From Octopus vulgaris (lineage: Eukaryota), in assembly GCA_951406725.2 (NCBI GenBank), contig OX597817.1, forward strand, positions 104,098,001-104,162,000: DNA of 64,000 nt. Direction: 5' to 3'. Position 1 is the stretch's first letter, and every line of letters starts with the position of its first letter. The notes below the pieces were generated by a model. That model had not been told where the DNA came from. It saw nothing but the letters and a program-made list of their open reading frames with translations, and made no database searches. Positions 1-12,700 of the stretch are shown here, one piece after another. Made by a program: the position numbers and the translations under genes.

Positions 1-793
1 TGACTGCTGCTGTAAATACTCTTACGTGTTATTGATTCGTATAGGTGTTTCATAAGCTAGCAACATCATAACAAACAATAAAAGTAAAAATTGGCTTAGA
101 TGTCAATTAATATCAAACAGCATGGTACTGAGAGATGCATAAAAAGTGTATCGCAAAACTTTGCTGTAAGACACCTAAATAAATCATTAAAATATTGAAC
201 ACAATGTGTCTCTTATCTGACATTTTATTCTAGATTGCTTTTTCAGCCACTGTCCTTGGAACATCCGCTGATTCGTTGTTGATAACAACGCATCATCACT
301 TCTCAGTCTTCACAAGCAGACATTGATTAAAATTGTTCGCATTTAGCAAAGGCGATTTCTTATTACACCTTCGCCATCGTAGATTGTCAAACGAATATGT
401 TATCAGTTCCGATGTGTACATATAAGCTGTTCTATTAATGGTTTCTAATGTCAACATTTCTAACTTATAAGGATTCTTAACTGTTATAAGTTATAAATCA
501 TTATCAGAGTCGTGTTTATGTGCATGTCGGAACTGACATCTTATTCAGAACACCAGGTAAATACGTACAATCAAATCGCTTAAAGCAATTGTTGTTTTGA
601 GTAACTTTGGAGATCTGTGTAAGAATATCAATAAACTGTTCTGTTATGTGTGTGTTGGGGGATTAAACTTGTGCGAAAATCAATGACAAAGAAGTAAAGA
701 CAAATGTGTTGAGTTCAAAGGCAACTGCATTTTACTTGTCCTTTTTCTTCTCTTTTAATTCCTGATTGTTCTGACAACTATACCATACTTCTT

Positions 794-797
<4 letters not shown>

Positions 798-839
<42 letters not shown>

Positions 840-988
840 GTGTGTATGTGTGTGTGTGCGTGTGTGTGTGTATGTATGCCTGCATACATACATACATACA
901 TACATACATACATACATACATACATACATACATACATACATACATACATACATACATACATACACACACACATATACATATACATACA
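798..988. repeat. Compound microsatellite (TA)n-(TG)n-(CATA)n
   Basis: Directly visible; explains the MYVC/HTYI pseudo-ORFs. Confidence 0.97.
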
Positions 989-1339
989 CTTAAAAGTGAT
1001 GTTCAGCTGTTCAGTGTATTTTCAATATGAAGGCTCTATTAATCAGTCTCCGCGTCTAATCATGCTACTTCAAGTTTTAAAAAGTAGCATTTTGTATTTG
1101 TAAAGAAAAAATGTTTTAAAATATGAAGAAACCGCTGCAAACAGAATAAAGAATTGAAACAGTTAGAAAGAGATGGATGATTGAAAGATGACAAAAAGTG
1201 AGAATTTCATTCTAGTTATATGCTCTCTTTTAGTGAGTCGTAGATGATGCAAAAATGAATTTATTTTATTTCGGACAGCATTGTTGCTTGATAATTTATA
1301 CATTTTGATATGCATAAGTATGATTGGCTTCAATATTTG

Positions 1340-1506
1340 GCACAAAGCTAGCAATTTAAGGGAAGGGATAAGTCGATTATATCAACCCCAGTGCTCAACT
1401 GAGGCAAAGTCGACCTCAGTAGAATTTTTAACCCAGAACGTAAAGACGGACGAAATACCGCAAACATTTTGCCTGGCGTACTAACGCTTCTGCCAGCTCA
1501 ACGCCT
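1340..1506 (-). mobile_element. tRNA-derived SINE, internally deleted (family also at 38135-38497, 59640-59790, 61530-61680)
   Basis: Shares aaagtcgacctc..gaattt..aac.cagaacgtaaagac..gaaataccg..ttctgccagctc with the 38.2-kb copy; head reads ggcg..gagctggcagaa on -. Confidence 0.75.
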
Positions 1507-2539
1507 TTGCACATGTATGATTAAAAGAACAAAATAAGTCGTAGTTTTCCCTATATTTAAAAAATAAATAGATTTAAACTTCTTTTTCATTTGATTTCCA
1601 ATGCGAAACGAAGTCAAAGATTGAGACCCACAATTCCAAAGGATGACTGATGGAAGTCGGAGAGATTCTTAAGTACACCAGTTGCATGGAAATGTAATCG
1701 AAAGTGAACACCATCATGCTGATATATTGTGAACCACCAAATATGAACTAATTTTTTAAAATTTCCCTAGATCATGTCAATGGCTACCTTTGCTTATATA
1801 CTCTAGTTTCTTCTAGATCGTAACACTGATACATTGACATAGTAGCTAAAGAGAGTACAAATAAATAGCGTTCCAAAATATATATTATTTTTTCATAATA
1901 AGAATCTAGAGTTTAATCTGTCGAAATTTCCACTGAGCCAGTTTTAAAGTATTTAGATATAATTTCACATGGACTGAAAGAACTTTGAACAGCAACATAA
2001 ATTTTGAGAACGACTTCATAGACATGAATCCATTCATATGTACGTGATATATTGGTTTCATTTGACCAGGAGGAAATACTGTCGTTTTATTAAAGGAGCA
2101 AATGAAAAGTCATAGTGTTCGTGCTTTTTGCAAAATAATAAAGTGAATTATGTAAAATCAAACGAGACCCATTCTGAATAAAAGAGTGTACAAATGATGA
2201 AAAAAAAATTTTAATAAAGAAAGACACTTCTAAACTATTCTGCTTTATTTTCACAATTCTTCTGTAAAAAGAAAATAAGAAATTGTATCAATTGTTAACA
2301 TCTATAGACGAAAAAGACAAAAATAGGAAAGAAAAATTGAACACAACGATGAAAAGAGACAAGAATACAGTGGAAATATCTAATTGTTATAATTTCATGT
2401 CCTTCAAATCGCTTCTGCTAACACAGATTGTTGCAAACTTTGTTAAGGGGTTGAATAATTCATGTTATCGACTTGCCCCCTCTTTCGAATTTGTCTTGTG
2501 CCAAAATTTGAAAGTAATGTTTCCTTTCAAATTTTATTC

Positions 2540-4397
2540 TTTTTTAGTCTTTGAAAAAGAAAAAAGAAAAAAAATCTGGTTGACGGAAACGGCTTCCTTC
2601 ACAGTTTTGCCAAAGACATGGCTGAGATTCTGCAAAGTCAATACTGCTCTGTCTTCAGTGACCCTGATTCAGTTGACTCAAGCAGCTTTGCTTCTTTGAA
2701 TCTTCAGCATGTCCTTTCTGACATAATCTTCGACGCTACTGACATCCTAGCAGCAATAAAAGAAATCAAATCTGATTCACCAGTGGATGCTGACAGGTTC
2801 CCTGCTAGAGTGCTGAAGGTATGCAGACAGCAACTTGCAGCTCCTCTTGCAAATCTCTGGAGGAAATCACTGGATGCCGGTTTTATTCCTCAAAACCTTA
2901 TCTCTCAGCCAGTCGTTCCTATCTTTAAAAAAGGCAATAAATCGCTCCCAGTAAACTACCGTCCATTCTCATTCACCTCACATATCATCAAAATATTTGA
3001 GAGTGTTGAGATCAAGAATAACAGCCTTCCTAGAGCAAAATCATCTCCTAAATTGTAACCCGTAAGGCTTTTGTAGTGGGAGGAACTGTCTAACACAGCT
3101 CCTCCACCACTTTGATGACATCTTAAATACACTAAGTGAGGGCTGGAACGCCGATGTCATATACCTTGATTTCAGCAAGGTCTTTGACAGAGTTGACCAC
3201 AATATACTGTTAAGGAACCTATCCAACACTGGAGTCGATGGAAAGCTACTTCAATGCATCAAGTATTCTTTAACAAACAGGACCCAGCATGTTGTGGTTG
3301 ATGGCATCCACTCAAGACCAGCAAAAATTTTCAGCGGAGTCCCGCAGGGTACTGTGCTGGGTCCACTTCTTTTTATTATCTAAATCAATGACATTGCAGA
3401 TTCCATTGAACATAGCACAATTAAAATATTTGCAGATGACTCTAAGCTTCAGAAAGTCATTAAGGGAGCATATGATCGAATGATGGACCTATGCGCTGTA
3501 ACCCAATGGGCACACAAAAACAATATGCAGCTGAACGAAGAAAAATGTGAACTCATCCACTTTGGAAATAAGGCACACTCAAATAACCATGTACACTACC
3601 GTCGGGAGACCTACTTGAACCGTTGGATAATATCAGAGACTTAGGTGTAACTGTCGTCAGCAACCTTAACTGGAGTGTGCACATCAACAAAAAAGTTGAT
3701 GTTGCCCGCAGAATGTGCTCATGGATCCTCAGAACTTTACAATATATGGATCATGAAACCACCATCCTTCTCTTATCCACATTCGTTAGGCCCCACCTCG
3801 AATATTGCCGCCCATTGTGGTCCCCCTACAAAAAAAAAGACATAATGAGGATCGAAGCACCACAAAGATCAATCACTAAAAAAATAAATGGCATGACGGG
3901 ACTTGATTATTGGGCTCGGCTTAAACAGCTGAAAGTCTATTCTCTGCAACGCCGCTGTGAACGATACGATATTTGCACCATGTGGAAAATATTCCACCAA
4001 TTTTATCCAAATGATATCGGTATTATGTTTACAATTCATCAAATTCTAGGACCCCGTGCAATGCGTCCCCTACAAAGATCGAGACCACATCACATAAGAA
4101 CATTGCAGCGCAATTTCTTCACTGCTAATGGTCCTGTTCTTTTCAATGTTATCCCGAAAGAAATTAAAGTAGAAAAAGACGCCACAACTTTCAAACGGTA
4201 CCAGGACAAATTCCCCCAGGAAATACTGAATAAACCACCTACACCTGGATACGTTTCAGCCAACAACAACTGTCTGTTTAACTGGTCCGTGGTATCCCGA
4301 AATAATTAATTAAAAGACTTTTCCGGGTGGTACTATTGAGTTAGTCGTGGCCTGGGCCGATAATGGCCGAAACCAATCTAAGTTGTCTAAGTTAAGT
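2540..4397 (+). mobile_element. 5'-truncated CR1/L2-group LINE, decayed ORF2 (RT) plus 3' UTR
   Basis: VVPIFKKGNKSLPVNYRP, YLDFSKVFDRVDH, SGVPQGTVLGPLL, FADDSKL, RDLGV, VRPHLEYC..WSPY; frameshifts and stops; short ctaagtt-repeat tail at ~4378-4397. Confidence 0.93.
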
Positions 4398-5399
4398 ATT
4401 ATAGAGTATCTACCGAGAAAGTATACTTTCAATTATACCCTTGTTTTATGTTTACAAAAGTTAGATTCTGTTATATATTGGCATTCTTAGTTATATACAT
4501 GTGCATCATATTCCACTCAAAAGAAGACTGACTTATTGGCAAATATTCGCTTACCGTTATACATTAATTCCTGGTGCGCTGACGCGTGGTATCCTCATTT
4601 TGCTTCTTTTATCGCTCATACAACGATTTCTGCCTGCTACACATTTTCTCTTCATAGTCCTACTCGATACACCCGTCTCTTTCCCTCCTTACTATATTTC
4701 ACCACACACATCTCGCACTAAACTCTGAAAAATCCCTCCGGCTGTTCAAATTGAACAGTAACGCCATCGATATCACTAATTTAGAAGCACCTCGCTAACT
4801 TCTCACCTATTTAAAAAAAAAATACCTATTAATTCGTAAACGATGAAAGAAGGCCACTCGGTAGAAATATTAGAATGAAAAGTGTGGCATGCATATATTG
4901 TGAAAAAGAATATTATTACAGAATTTTACAATAATTACAAAATCTTGAATATTTTTATAATCTTTAAGCAGCAATAATCACAAAAAAAAACTTCTTGGCG
5001 ATTAAATTTTAAAGATACGAAGTATTATTGTTCTTATTGTAAGAAAGCTCTGATTGTAGTATTTAAGTAATCAACTGAAAAAACTAGGTGTGATCCTCTG
5101 CATGACTGCAGATTTTGATGGTGAACACGGCGGAGACGAACAACAAGTACTTTGATCAAAGTGCGACAATTGTTGTTCATCTACATTTAACATTGGTGGT
5201 GTACATCCCTCCACGATGTTTGAAGCTTCTCTAGACCCTGGTTACGCAACTATTTCTCTATGTGTTTTGTTTGTTCAGGCTGGGGTGTGTATGTGTGTGT
5301 AGTAGGGAGAAAGAGTGTTGTTGTTATTCAAAGGAGTCTACTATGATCATCCGTCATTTTTGTATATATCAAAAGACCTAATGGTTTAATAGAACCTTT

Positions 5400-6400
5400 T
5401 TTTTTATTTAAAAGAGTAGTGTGTGATTTAAGTAGTGTATAGAAATGATTGCCATTTCGTACCGGATAATTGATCCGGGGTATTGTAGATGTGCATGGGT
5501 GTATTAGGTATAATTTTTGATGTTGCAGCAGGGACAGTCAGGATTGCAGTTTGCTGCAGCAACAATCTGTGCCCGTTGTATATCCAAGTAGTATTTTAGT
5601 TTTAATGATTTTTGTTTCATTGTATAAATAGTCTGTAGGGAAGGTATTTCTACAGCCTGTAATTATTTGAGCAGTTTTATAATCCACGGTAGACCTAATG
5701 CTTTGTTTGTACATCATTGTTGATGTTTCTTTCTGTCGGTCGCACATAGTCCCTATGATTACTCTAAGTATGTTCGGGCATTGTTTTGCTTTCATTTATA
5801 ATGCTTTTTATGTGCGATAGGAATTAGGTGTTGCGTACAAGTCCTCGTAGTTTGGCTGAAGGTGGCACATTTATGTTGTTGGATGTGAAGTCTGGCTTTA
5901 TTTGAAGTTCTCTGGTGTTACTGGTAAGAGGGGAAGCAGTGGATTTGATAGGTGCTAAAATTAAATATTTTAAAACTAACTTTTAACAGCTAAGTCTGTT
6001 GTCGAACCTGGTTTCTGTGATTTTTGTTGGGTTAAGGATCTTCTAAACCCCCGCCCCTAAACCGCTGTATACGATGAATTGTGAAAGGATGTAAAGACAT
6101 CTGTATATGTATGAGATTGTGTGTATGTTCTGAGGTGTGGGAAAGTCCTATTCATATAGGTTTTAAAAAAAAGTAGGTTAGAGTACCTTGTGATACTTCA
6201 TTCGAGAAACTGTAAATACTTAACGTGTTGTTCTTGTACACTAAAGGGTTAAAATGATGCGCCTAGACTTGTTTATTATTGTTGAACTTGTTATGCCTCC
6301 GCTATGTAAGGTAACGTGAGCAGAGAGGTAATCGAGTGTAATGGCTTGAGTCTTCCTTGCGAGTTGGATATGGTTTCGTGATATTAAGGTGAAAATAATT
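5400..6400 (-). mobile_element. Highly decayed LINE RT remnant (I/Jockey-like)
   Basis: Minus strand VSQGTL, TYTDV (YADD-like), MYKQSIRSTVDY, AQIITGC..TDYLYNETKI. Confidence 0.5.
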
Positions 6401-7054
6401 GTTATTGTTTATACGGGAAGCCAGACCTATGATCGAAGGCATTACATTTGTGACCATCTTGAACTTTTGTATTTCGAGGGCTACATTCGCAAATGTATCT
6501 TTTTGACTGGTCTATCTATTTTCCTTTGAAAGGGGGAGAATCTATTTTATATTTACTTATTTCATAGTAATATGTTAATAGGAAATAGATTTCATTGATC
6601 AATCAAAAGATTCCTATAAAGGTAACGGATTCCCAGACATTATTTAATAATAATTATTGGTAAGTTCTTTAGTATGTTTATCAATGGTCATTGTGTGTTT
6701 GATGCTCTAGAGGCTTATCTCACTCGCGTAAGAGATATTTACACACGCAGTATAACTAACTGAAAACAGGAGTTTTAAGGGAGAACATTTCTTAATAAAT
6801 ATTTGAATTCTTTGATATGTTTCTTTCTCTTTTGTTTTTTTAAGACGGTAGTATGTAATTCGAGGGAGATTCAGCTTTAATTTCTAACAGATGTTGTGAT
6901 GACATCGAACAGGAATGATAAACGTTTTTAGTTACAGGGACAAATTCTATGCGCATAAGAGCATGGTAGTACTTAGAAAATTAATGAATCTTAAATTGGC
7001 AAATTAGGTAAATGTCATACATTCAATTATTGTTTTAGTCTCAGAAATAATTGT

Positions 7055-7638
7055 TAAGCCCTGAATAGACAGTGTATGCAATAGAAGGCCATATGTGTTT
7101 CAGTACGACTCTGCACTATCACACATGGCTCTAGTAACACAGAAATGGATGGTTGAAAATTTTCATGATCACATAACCCCTAACATTTGGCCTCCTAATT
7201 CCCCAGATCTCAATCCATTGGACTATTACATGTTGAATGCTGTTGAGAGAGAAGTCAACGAACACACCCATAACACCAAAGATTCTATGAAAGCTGCCAT
7301 AGTCAGAGTAATGTCCAAAATGAACCAGGATCACTTGATTCGAGCATATAGATGATTTAGATCTCATATAGAAGCAGTTGTTGAAGCTGAAGGTGGCTTT
7401 ATTGAATAACATTATAGAAAAGAAGGTGGATCTTTTCTAAAAGATGGACAGAATTTTCTACTTAACTAAATAATTTGAAACTTCGTATACTGGTAGAATG
7501 TGTCAAAAGAAAACATTAATTTCAATTAGTTTTTTTGAGAAAAATGTAGCATTTTTGATAAATAAATTTGTTATCTCTTATTATATATGTTTTTTTAATA
7601 AACTTAAATCTGTCCTCAAATATCTTGCGCACCCTGTA
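7055..7638 (+). mobile_element. Tc1/mariner DD37D (maT-type) transposon, 3' part
   Basis: FQYDSALSH...WPPNSPDLNPLDY with 37 residues between the last two D; terminus cttgcgcaccctgTA. Confidence 0.85.
7428..7570 (+). mobile_element. Truncated arm of the foldback element found at 13807-14614
   Basis: Starts GGATCTTTTC; identical aaacttcgtatactggtagaatgtgt at 7478 and 13853. Confidence 0.75.
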
Positions 7639-8041
7639 TATACATAAAACAATGAGGATCTTACCCGAGTTGATTAAAATGTTTGAAGGTGCAAATAGTT
7701 GGATTTTGCTGCCTTTATATATAAAACCAAAATGAGGTAAACGTAGTTTTATAAAAAGCAAAATGAGTTAAAGTGTGATGGTATGTTATGTCAATTTGTT
7801 TTTTAACAAAATACCGCAACTCGCTACCTCTCCCCATTCTACAATTCATGTTGTCAAGCCAAATGAGAGGAAAGTTTGCCTGTTGTCTCAGTGGAGAATG
7901 ATTGATTATTATTTTGCTGTTTCATGACCCCCACCACAAGGAGATGCTGAAAACAAAGATTACACTTTATCAATTGACCAACGCTTTTGGAATTATTGCT
8001 AAAAACAGAAAGGAAAAAAGTACAGTTGAATGACGTGGTAA

Positions 8042-8975
8042 TTTTTTTATTGGAATACAATACGTATGTATACGATACATATATAATACAATACTACATT
8101 AAAAATACAAATCCAAAACCGAAGAAAACACAAACATGAGCGAAGGAAGAAAGAAAGAGGACAAAAGAAGAAAAAAAGAAAGAGAGGAAGAAAGAAAAGA
8201 GTAAAAACATCAATTCAACACCAAGTGCCTGAATTGGTCGTACACAAGGTTCAACGGAACCTAGTGAAGCAAGCCAGCACGCTTGCGAATTACCACGGGC
8301 GATTGTGAGGCGTTGACACAGTCAAGCACCCACACGGGTGACACCTCAGTAAGGCGATCCGTCAACGATGATAGGAGCTTCGTTGCTTGTGGCCGAGCCT
8401 CTCTAAATGTCTCAAACGCCACGGACTGGAAGAAATAGTTCACTGACAGATCCCGATACTTCAGGATTTTGTTTCATTCGGCTATGGAAGCAGTAACCCT
8501 CCCATTTACTGCAGCATCCAGGATGTTGGAGGGAGCAAAGGAGTCACAGACAATGGTGTCCCAGATAAGGCACCTACCTCTTACCCAGGTACAAAGGGTA
8601 AGACCATCTGGTCTCTTCCCATCAGTTCTAGATAATCCCGCCGGCTCCAGAACTGATGGGATATTAACCCGAACCAGAGCCCACTTAATGATTAAGTTTC
8701 CTGATACATCTGAGGATAGACGGAAGCAGAGAGTATGGGACAATCTACGCTCAGGTGTCATTTTCAACTCCCTCTTTGACCAATCTAATTAATTTTCAAG
8801 GTGTCACCTATTTTCTGCAAGTGCGAAATTCTTGGGGGACTGGATTGATGTCCTGCCTGTGGCCAACATTAGTGGTCTACTCACTCTGGATGAGCTCCGC
8901 ATCTCCATTGCACTCAGAATGGGAGACAATGTTTGTGGGGGACTGAGATGTCGCTGTGGTAGGCCCCTCGTCTCC
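8042..8975 (-). mobile_element. CRE-clade (restriction-like endonuclease) non-LTR retrotransposon fragment with an inverted 5' segment
   Basis: Minus: NLIIKWAL..IPSVLEPAGLSRTDGKRPDGLTL..W..GRCLIWD..., QRLTIARGN, then aataaaaaaa tail at ~8042; plus 8700-8975: KQRVWD...GDWIDVLPV...DELRISIALRMG..C...CRCG. Confidence 0.85.
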
Positions 8976-9099
8976 ACATAAATATAAGTTAACATTTGCA
9001 TTGTTGGAATGTTATCATTCACATTTTTCTCCCCAGTTCCATCAACTTAAGATGACAACATTTTTTTATGCAAAACTGTAATATTTAACATGCTGTGAC

Positions 9100-9778
9100 G
9101 CATCACAAATTATACAGAAATATAGATTATTGACAAAGAAATATACAGTATCTTATTGACAGAGAAAAGCTCACCGAGGAAAACTAAAATGACAGTTTTA
9201 TGTGATCATATTCTAGCACCATATTCTTCACAAAAGCATGTAGGGTATATCAAAGAGGGTGGCTTACTCTTTTCAGTAGAAACTGATGCTTCAAACAAAG
9301 GCGTCGCAAATTATTTCTAAATGCTTCAGCGATACTTTCATTTTGAAAAAGGAGTGCACTATGTGTAGCTTGGTTTTTTTACGGTAATAACAAGAGAAAA
9401 TAACAAATCAGCCATTAAATGAATTAGAAATATCAGGTCTGGATCTCTTTAGACCGACCCTGATGTCTCTGATGTCTGTATACACTGTTGATAATGCAAA
9501 TGTAGACGCAACAATGTTTCTCAAAAATTGAAAGCAGCTCAAATTAACATTATTGCTGCAAATTATATAAGTAGTATTTTGTATATAGTTCAACAGGATT
9601 TGCTACAGGAAAGATGGAACATGAGATTGAGAGAATTGTGCTCAATATGTGCAACTATTTCAGTATCTCAGCTAAAAGGACAACACAGGCACAGGAATTT
9701 TATGAATCTGTCGATAAGAACAACTGTAATTTATAATACCAAATTGAAACTAGATTGCTTTCTCTCTCCCACCCTCTC

Positions 9779-9820
<42 letters not shown>

Positions 9821-10050
9821 ACTCTTATTATCCAGCTATTAACTGAATATCTAAGTGGTAGGTAGACCTAAAAAGTATTTTTCAGAATGTAGGTGAGGAG
9901 TGTCCCTTTGCACTGTAGAAGAAGAAAATACATATGGATCGATGTATACTTTTTTTCTTCCTCATTCACTCTTGTTGTTCTCAGTCACTACTGAAGCGCT
10001 AGAAGCCGAGTCATGCCGCATAATTTCTGCAAACGTTGGCTTTGCAGTGA
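9100..10050 (+). mobile_element. Decayed hAT-like transposase remnant
   Basis: GKTKM...HILAPY...FSVETDASNKG...QRYFHFEKGV, DNANV; many disablements. Confidence 0.55.
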
Positions 10051-10599
10051 CACCAAGTCCTTAAGTAACAATTTCCATAACAAATTGTCAAACTTAGCGC
10101 AACAAGTACCATACCCATTAGAGAATTCTGTGACAAAGCCAAGGCCTGTAATCTTCTAGATATTGGTATTGGTGGATTATACTAATGATATGGGATCGTA
10201 GAGACAATTATCTATATTCCTGAGTTATTCTATAAAGTTGAGGTCTGTTTAACAAACCTCAAGATGAGTTCGTATATGTTATTTAATGTATGTAGCAGTG
10301 CTCACACAGAGCGATTTTATTTTTAGTTTTGTTTAGTTCACAATAGAGGAAAGTTTATTATCAACATGTTTTTACAGGAAGAAAAGAAAGAGAAAAATAA
10401 TTAAAAGTATAAATGGTCGAGTTACCGAGAAAAAAACCCATAACTACCTCACCAAAGAAGCAAAGAAAAAGAAAGAAAAAGGTTGGGGTTTAAGCAGCAG
10501 AAGATGGGGGAGGAGTGAATAATGGGTTGTACACCCCAGATCAATTAGCGTTTTCAGCCGCGTCTTGCAGACAAGATTGCAATGACCACCACAATTTGG

Positions 10600-10960
10600 A
10601 GAAAGAAAAGAAGCCCTCCGGAGAAGCTGAAAAGTAACCTCTTAGCAGTCAATATAGCTCACAACACCTTTGAGCAAACAGCCTTAGATCGAACAAAATG
10701 GAGATCGTCGGTCAAAATGGTATAAGAGGCTTTGTTTCAACTAGCATTAACATGTTTAGGAGTGCAAAGCAAAGGAGAAAAGCAGTTTCAAATATACCTT
10801 CCTGTACTGACCCGTAATCTTCATACTTGCAATATCTGCGGGTTTCTTTACAAATCGCTGGTAGGACTCAAATGTCACATTTGACATAAACGTTATGACT
10901 AACGAAGGACGTATAGGTTGTTGGATCTTCATATGTCGAAACCGACAGGGGAGTCCATCA
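10600..10960 (+). mobile_element. RTE-type LINE 3' fragment
   Basis: LKSNLLAVNIAHNTFEQTALDRTKWRS followed by a CNICG...GLKCH C2H2-like motif. Confidence 0.65.
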
Positions 10961-12210
10961 TAAATATACATATAGATATACATATAGTATTAGTAATATA
11001 GAAAAATTTCAGTCCCTCCTTACTGATTAGGATTTTTTTTTTAATACTGAATTAAGTGTGGTGTGTTCAAATTCTAATTTAATAAGAAAGCTACAGATAA
11101 AGTAACCATTTGTTGTTTTCGAAGCTCGAGTTAAAACACTTGATGGTGAAGATGTTTGAATTTTACTGCGTTTATGTGTAACATTAAGGTAATATAAATA
11201 TAATTTTATGTTGAGAAAAAAATTAGTTAAAACGTATTATTTTTCCTTCGTTAAAAACAAAACACTGGCAAATTGTTACCTCCTCGCACTGTAACTTCCA
11301 TGTTTTGCGCACATATATAAGTATGATTGTGTGTGCGCGTGCGCGTGTGTACATTATTAACAAAACATAATAAATTAAGCAACATTCACCACATTGAAGA
11401 ATATGGAAGAAAAAGAAACCACCCAATCCCAGCAAACGTTAAAATATTAAAAACTTACCAAGCGGCTCAACAAAATTGAATCCAAATGATAGGAAAACCA
11501 ACAGATATGCAGCATAAGACATTGTTAACTGCCAGTTTTCTCGCGGTTTAAAGATTTAAAATAAGGTTCAGACCAAAGATTTGAGGTGCATAATTCACGA
11601 AGACGATTAAAATACACAGGTTCGCTCGCCAACAACAAACACTGTATTGTGTCACAAATGAATATCACAAATACCGATCCAGCAGCTAAAGATGTTTCTA
11701 CAATCGACTGGATGGAGATACCATTTAGCAAGTTTCAGCTTGTAAAATAGTCCTTGGATATTGAAATATGATATAACTTGAACAGGACATATACGTTTAA
11801 ATAATTGTTGATCGATTAAAAAGAAAGGAAAGGAAAAGGAAAAGAAGAAATCGATCACACCTTTGATGTCAATGTTACCAGGGCACCAAATCAAACAAAA
11901 TGAAGAAGATGAAGAAACAAAGCAAACTCTTAAATGTATGGATTAGAGTCTCAAAATGTGTATGTGGTGGGGAAGAAGCTTCATTTTTTTTTCTATATGT
12001 CTGCCTATCCATGTGTATGTATATACGTATGTATGGGTTTGAGGGAACACGCAAAAGATACAGAAATCAGTAAATGTGTGTGCGTGTGTGTGTGTGCGCG
12101 TGACAATATGTGTGTATGAGTGTGTCTGCTTAGATAGATAGAGAGAGAGAAGGAGAGTAGATTTATAAACAGGGCTACTTTAGCTACTTTCCCATAGACT
12201 GAAAACATTA

Positions 12211-12265
12211 TAAACAACTTTAATCGATTTTCGAATCTTATTGGATTCTCATCAGAGGCGACTAC
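12211..12265 (-). ncRNA. Putative minimal type I hammerhead ribozyme
   Basis: Minus strand CUGAUGA-GAAUC-caauaa-GAUUC-GAAA-AUCGAU-UA: intact core, perfect 5-bp stem II, palindromic minimal stem III; stem I only partly paired. Confidence 0.55.
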
Positions 12266-12700
12266 ATCAGTTTAACTCCTCTCAGAGAAACAAACTGCCA
12301 ATTTGTTTATATACCTCTAAAATTTCAGTAACCACAAGATATTGAGGCAACTAATTTGCATACCGTAATGTTAATACTTTATTTAACATCAGGGACATGT
12401 CAACGGGGATCTCAGTCCACACCATATCAAGATTTGATGTAATATATGTAACCTGTATAGTAGACTTAACAGAGCTAATAAACAGGGCGAATTTAGCTAT
12501 TTCTGACGAATAGCCTTGATTTTCGAAGCGACAAAAGCAGTATCAAAACCAAAAAGCTATCTTTATATCCAACTTAACGTGGCTGTTGTATCAGAACACC
12601 GGATACTGTGTTATTTACCTTGAGAGGACCTCTTATATGGGCGCATGGCGCATAAACATACTCATACAAACAGATGTATGTGAGTATACACACACACATA

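Noticed and set aside
1-750. Possible minus-strand RT remnant (SDDALL, IYLGV)
   Set aside because: Motifs too degenerate to support a call
755-1103. ORFs of MYVC/HTYI/CVCV type (also 24.1-25.3, 26.2, 28.0-28.9 and 59.1-59.4 kb)
   Set aside because: Translations of microsatellites; no coding signal
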